DNA of 64,000 nt from Nitrospirota bacterium (lineage in GTDB: Bacteria; Nitrospirota; UBA9217), in assembly GCA_963790205.1 (NCBI GenBank), contig CAWBNQ010000003.1, forward strand, positions 1 to 64,000. The letters are read 5' to 3'. Each line of letters begins with the position of its first letter. Positions within the stretch are counted from its first letter, which is position 1. This document shows, one piece after another, positions 63,543-64,000 of this stretch. Under the pieces are notes generated by a model, which was not told where the DNA came from, did not search any database, and saw nothing but the letters and a program-made list of their open reading frames with translations. A program made the translations under genes and the position numbers.

Positions 63543-64000
63543 AATCATCAGTGCGGAGTTCGGAGCGCGGAGTGCGGAAAGAAAAATACCACGGCCCTTT
63601 GGAGCGCCATCGCGACGAGCTCTCCCGCTGCGTGAAATGCGGGTCGTGCGCCGCCGTCTGCCCTTCGTTCCTCCATGCACGCGCGGAGTCGTTCTCGGCG
63701 CGCGGCAGGATGGCCCTTCTCAAGGCCGTGCTGGACGGGCGGCTCGGCATGTCCGGTATCACCATCGACCGCCTGGAGACCTGCACAACCTGCCACGCCT
63801 GCGAGGCCTCCTGCGCGAGCGGGGTGCCTGTTACCAGGATCATCCAGGCCGCGAAGGAACAGGCATGGGAGGCGGCCGGGCCCATAAAAACGATCATCGC
63901 CGGTGTCCTGAAACACCCGGCCTTGTTCCGGGCTGTTGCATGGCTCGCGCCGCTGTCGCTCCATTATGCGGGGAAATCGTTTGAGCAGCGTGGGGCGCGT
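63539..64000 (+). CDS. GlcF-like Fe-S oxidoreductase subunit (runs off window)
   Basis: Manual translation: CVKCGSCAAVCP..SARGRMAL..CTTCHACEASCASGV. Confidence 0.88.
   Translation, partial: MKSSVRSSERGVRKEKYHGPLERHRDELSRCVKCGSCAAVCPSFLHARAESFSARGRMALLKAVLDGRLGMSGITIDRLETCTTCHACEASCASGVPVTRIIQAAKEQAWEAAGPIKTIIAGVLKHPALFRAVAWLAPLSLHYAGKSFEQRGAR

Overview
Bacterial chromosomal window, GC-rich core genes. Gene content and order resemble a Nitrospirota- or deltaproteobacteria-like anaerobe (inference only). Layout: (1) 1-8.4 kb, downstream of tRNA-Leu(CAA): an atypical F-type ATP synthase operon on the minus strand (alpha carries a delta-like N-terminal domain; the c subunit is almost glycine-free), a pentaheme cytochrome c, a macro-domain gene and two broken genes. 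(2) 8.6-18 kb core: split transketolase, ftsEX-envC-ctpA, CIRCE-groES-groEL. (3) About 18-49.3 kb accessory region starting at the groEL 3' end: fic flanked by a second, diverged groEL 3' end, a large REase-TPR-GreAB-C-PIN defence-type gene interrupted by an IS4 element, IS1182, IS630, toxin-antitoxin genes, surface lipoproteins, small genes separated by a recurring ~70-bp element, and c-di-GMP genes. (4) 49.4-64 kb core: pabB/trpE-like, SMC-like ATPase, tmk, holB, ricT, metG, tatD-radical SAM fusion, stand-alone PurH N-domain and others. The best novelty candidate is a pair of homologous ~300-nt, highly structured non-coding RNA-like elements (47.6-47.9 kb and 48.9-49.2 kb, minus strand). Each has the same extended -10 promoter motif, a closing helix followed by a U-tract, and compensatory base changes. 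I could not assign them to any RNA family I know. All calls were made by eye; no database searches were run.
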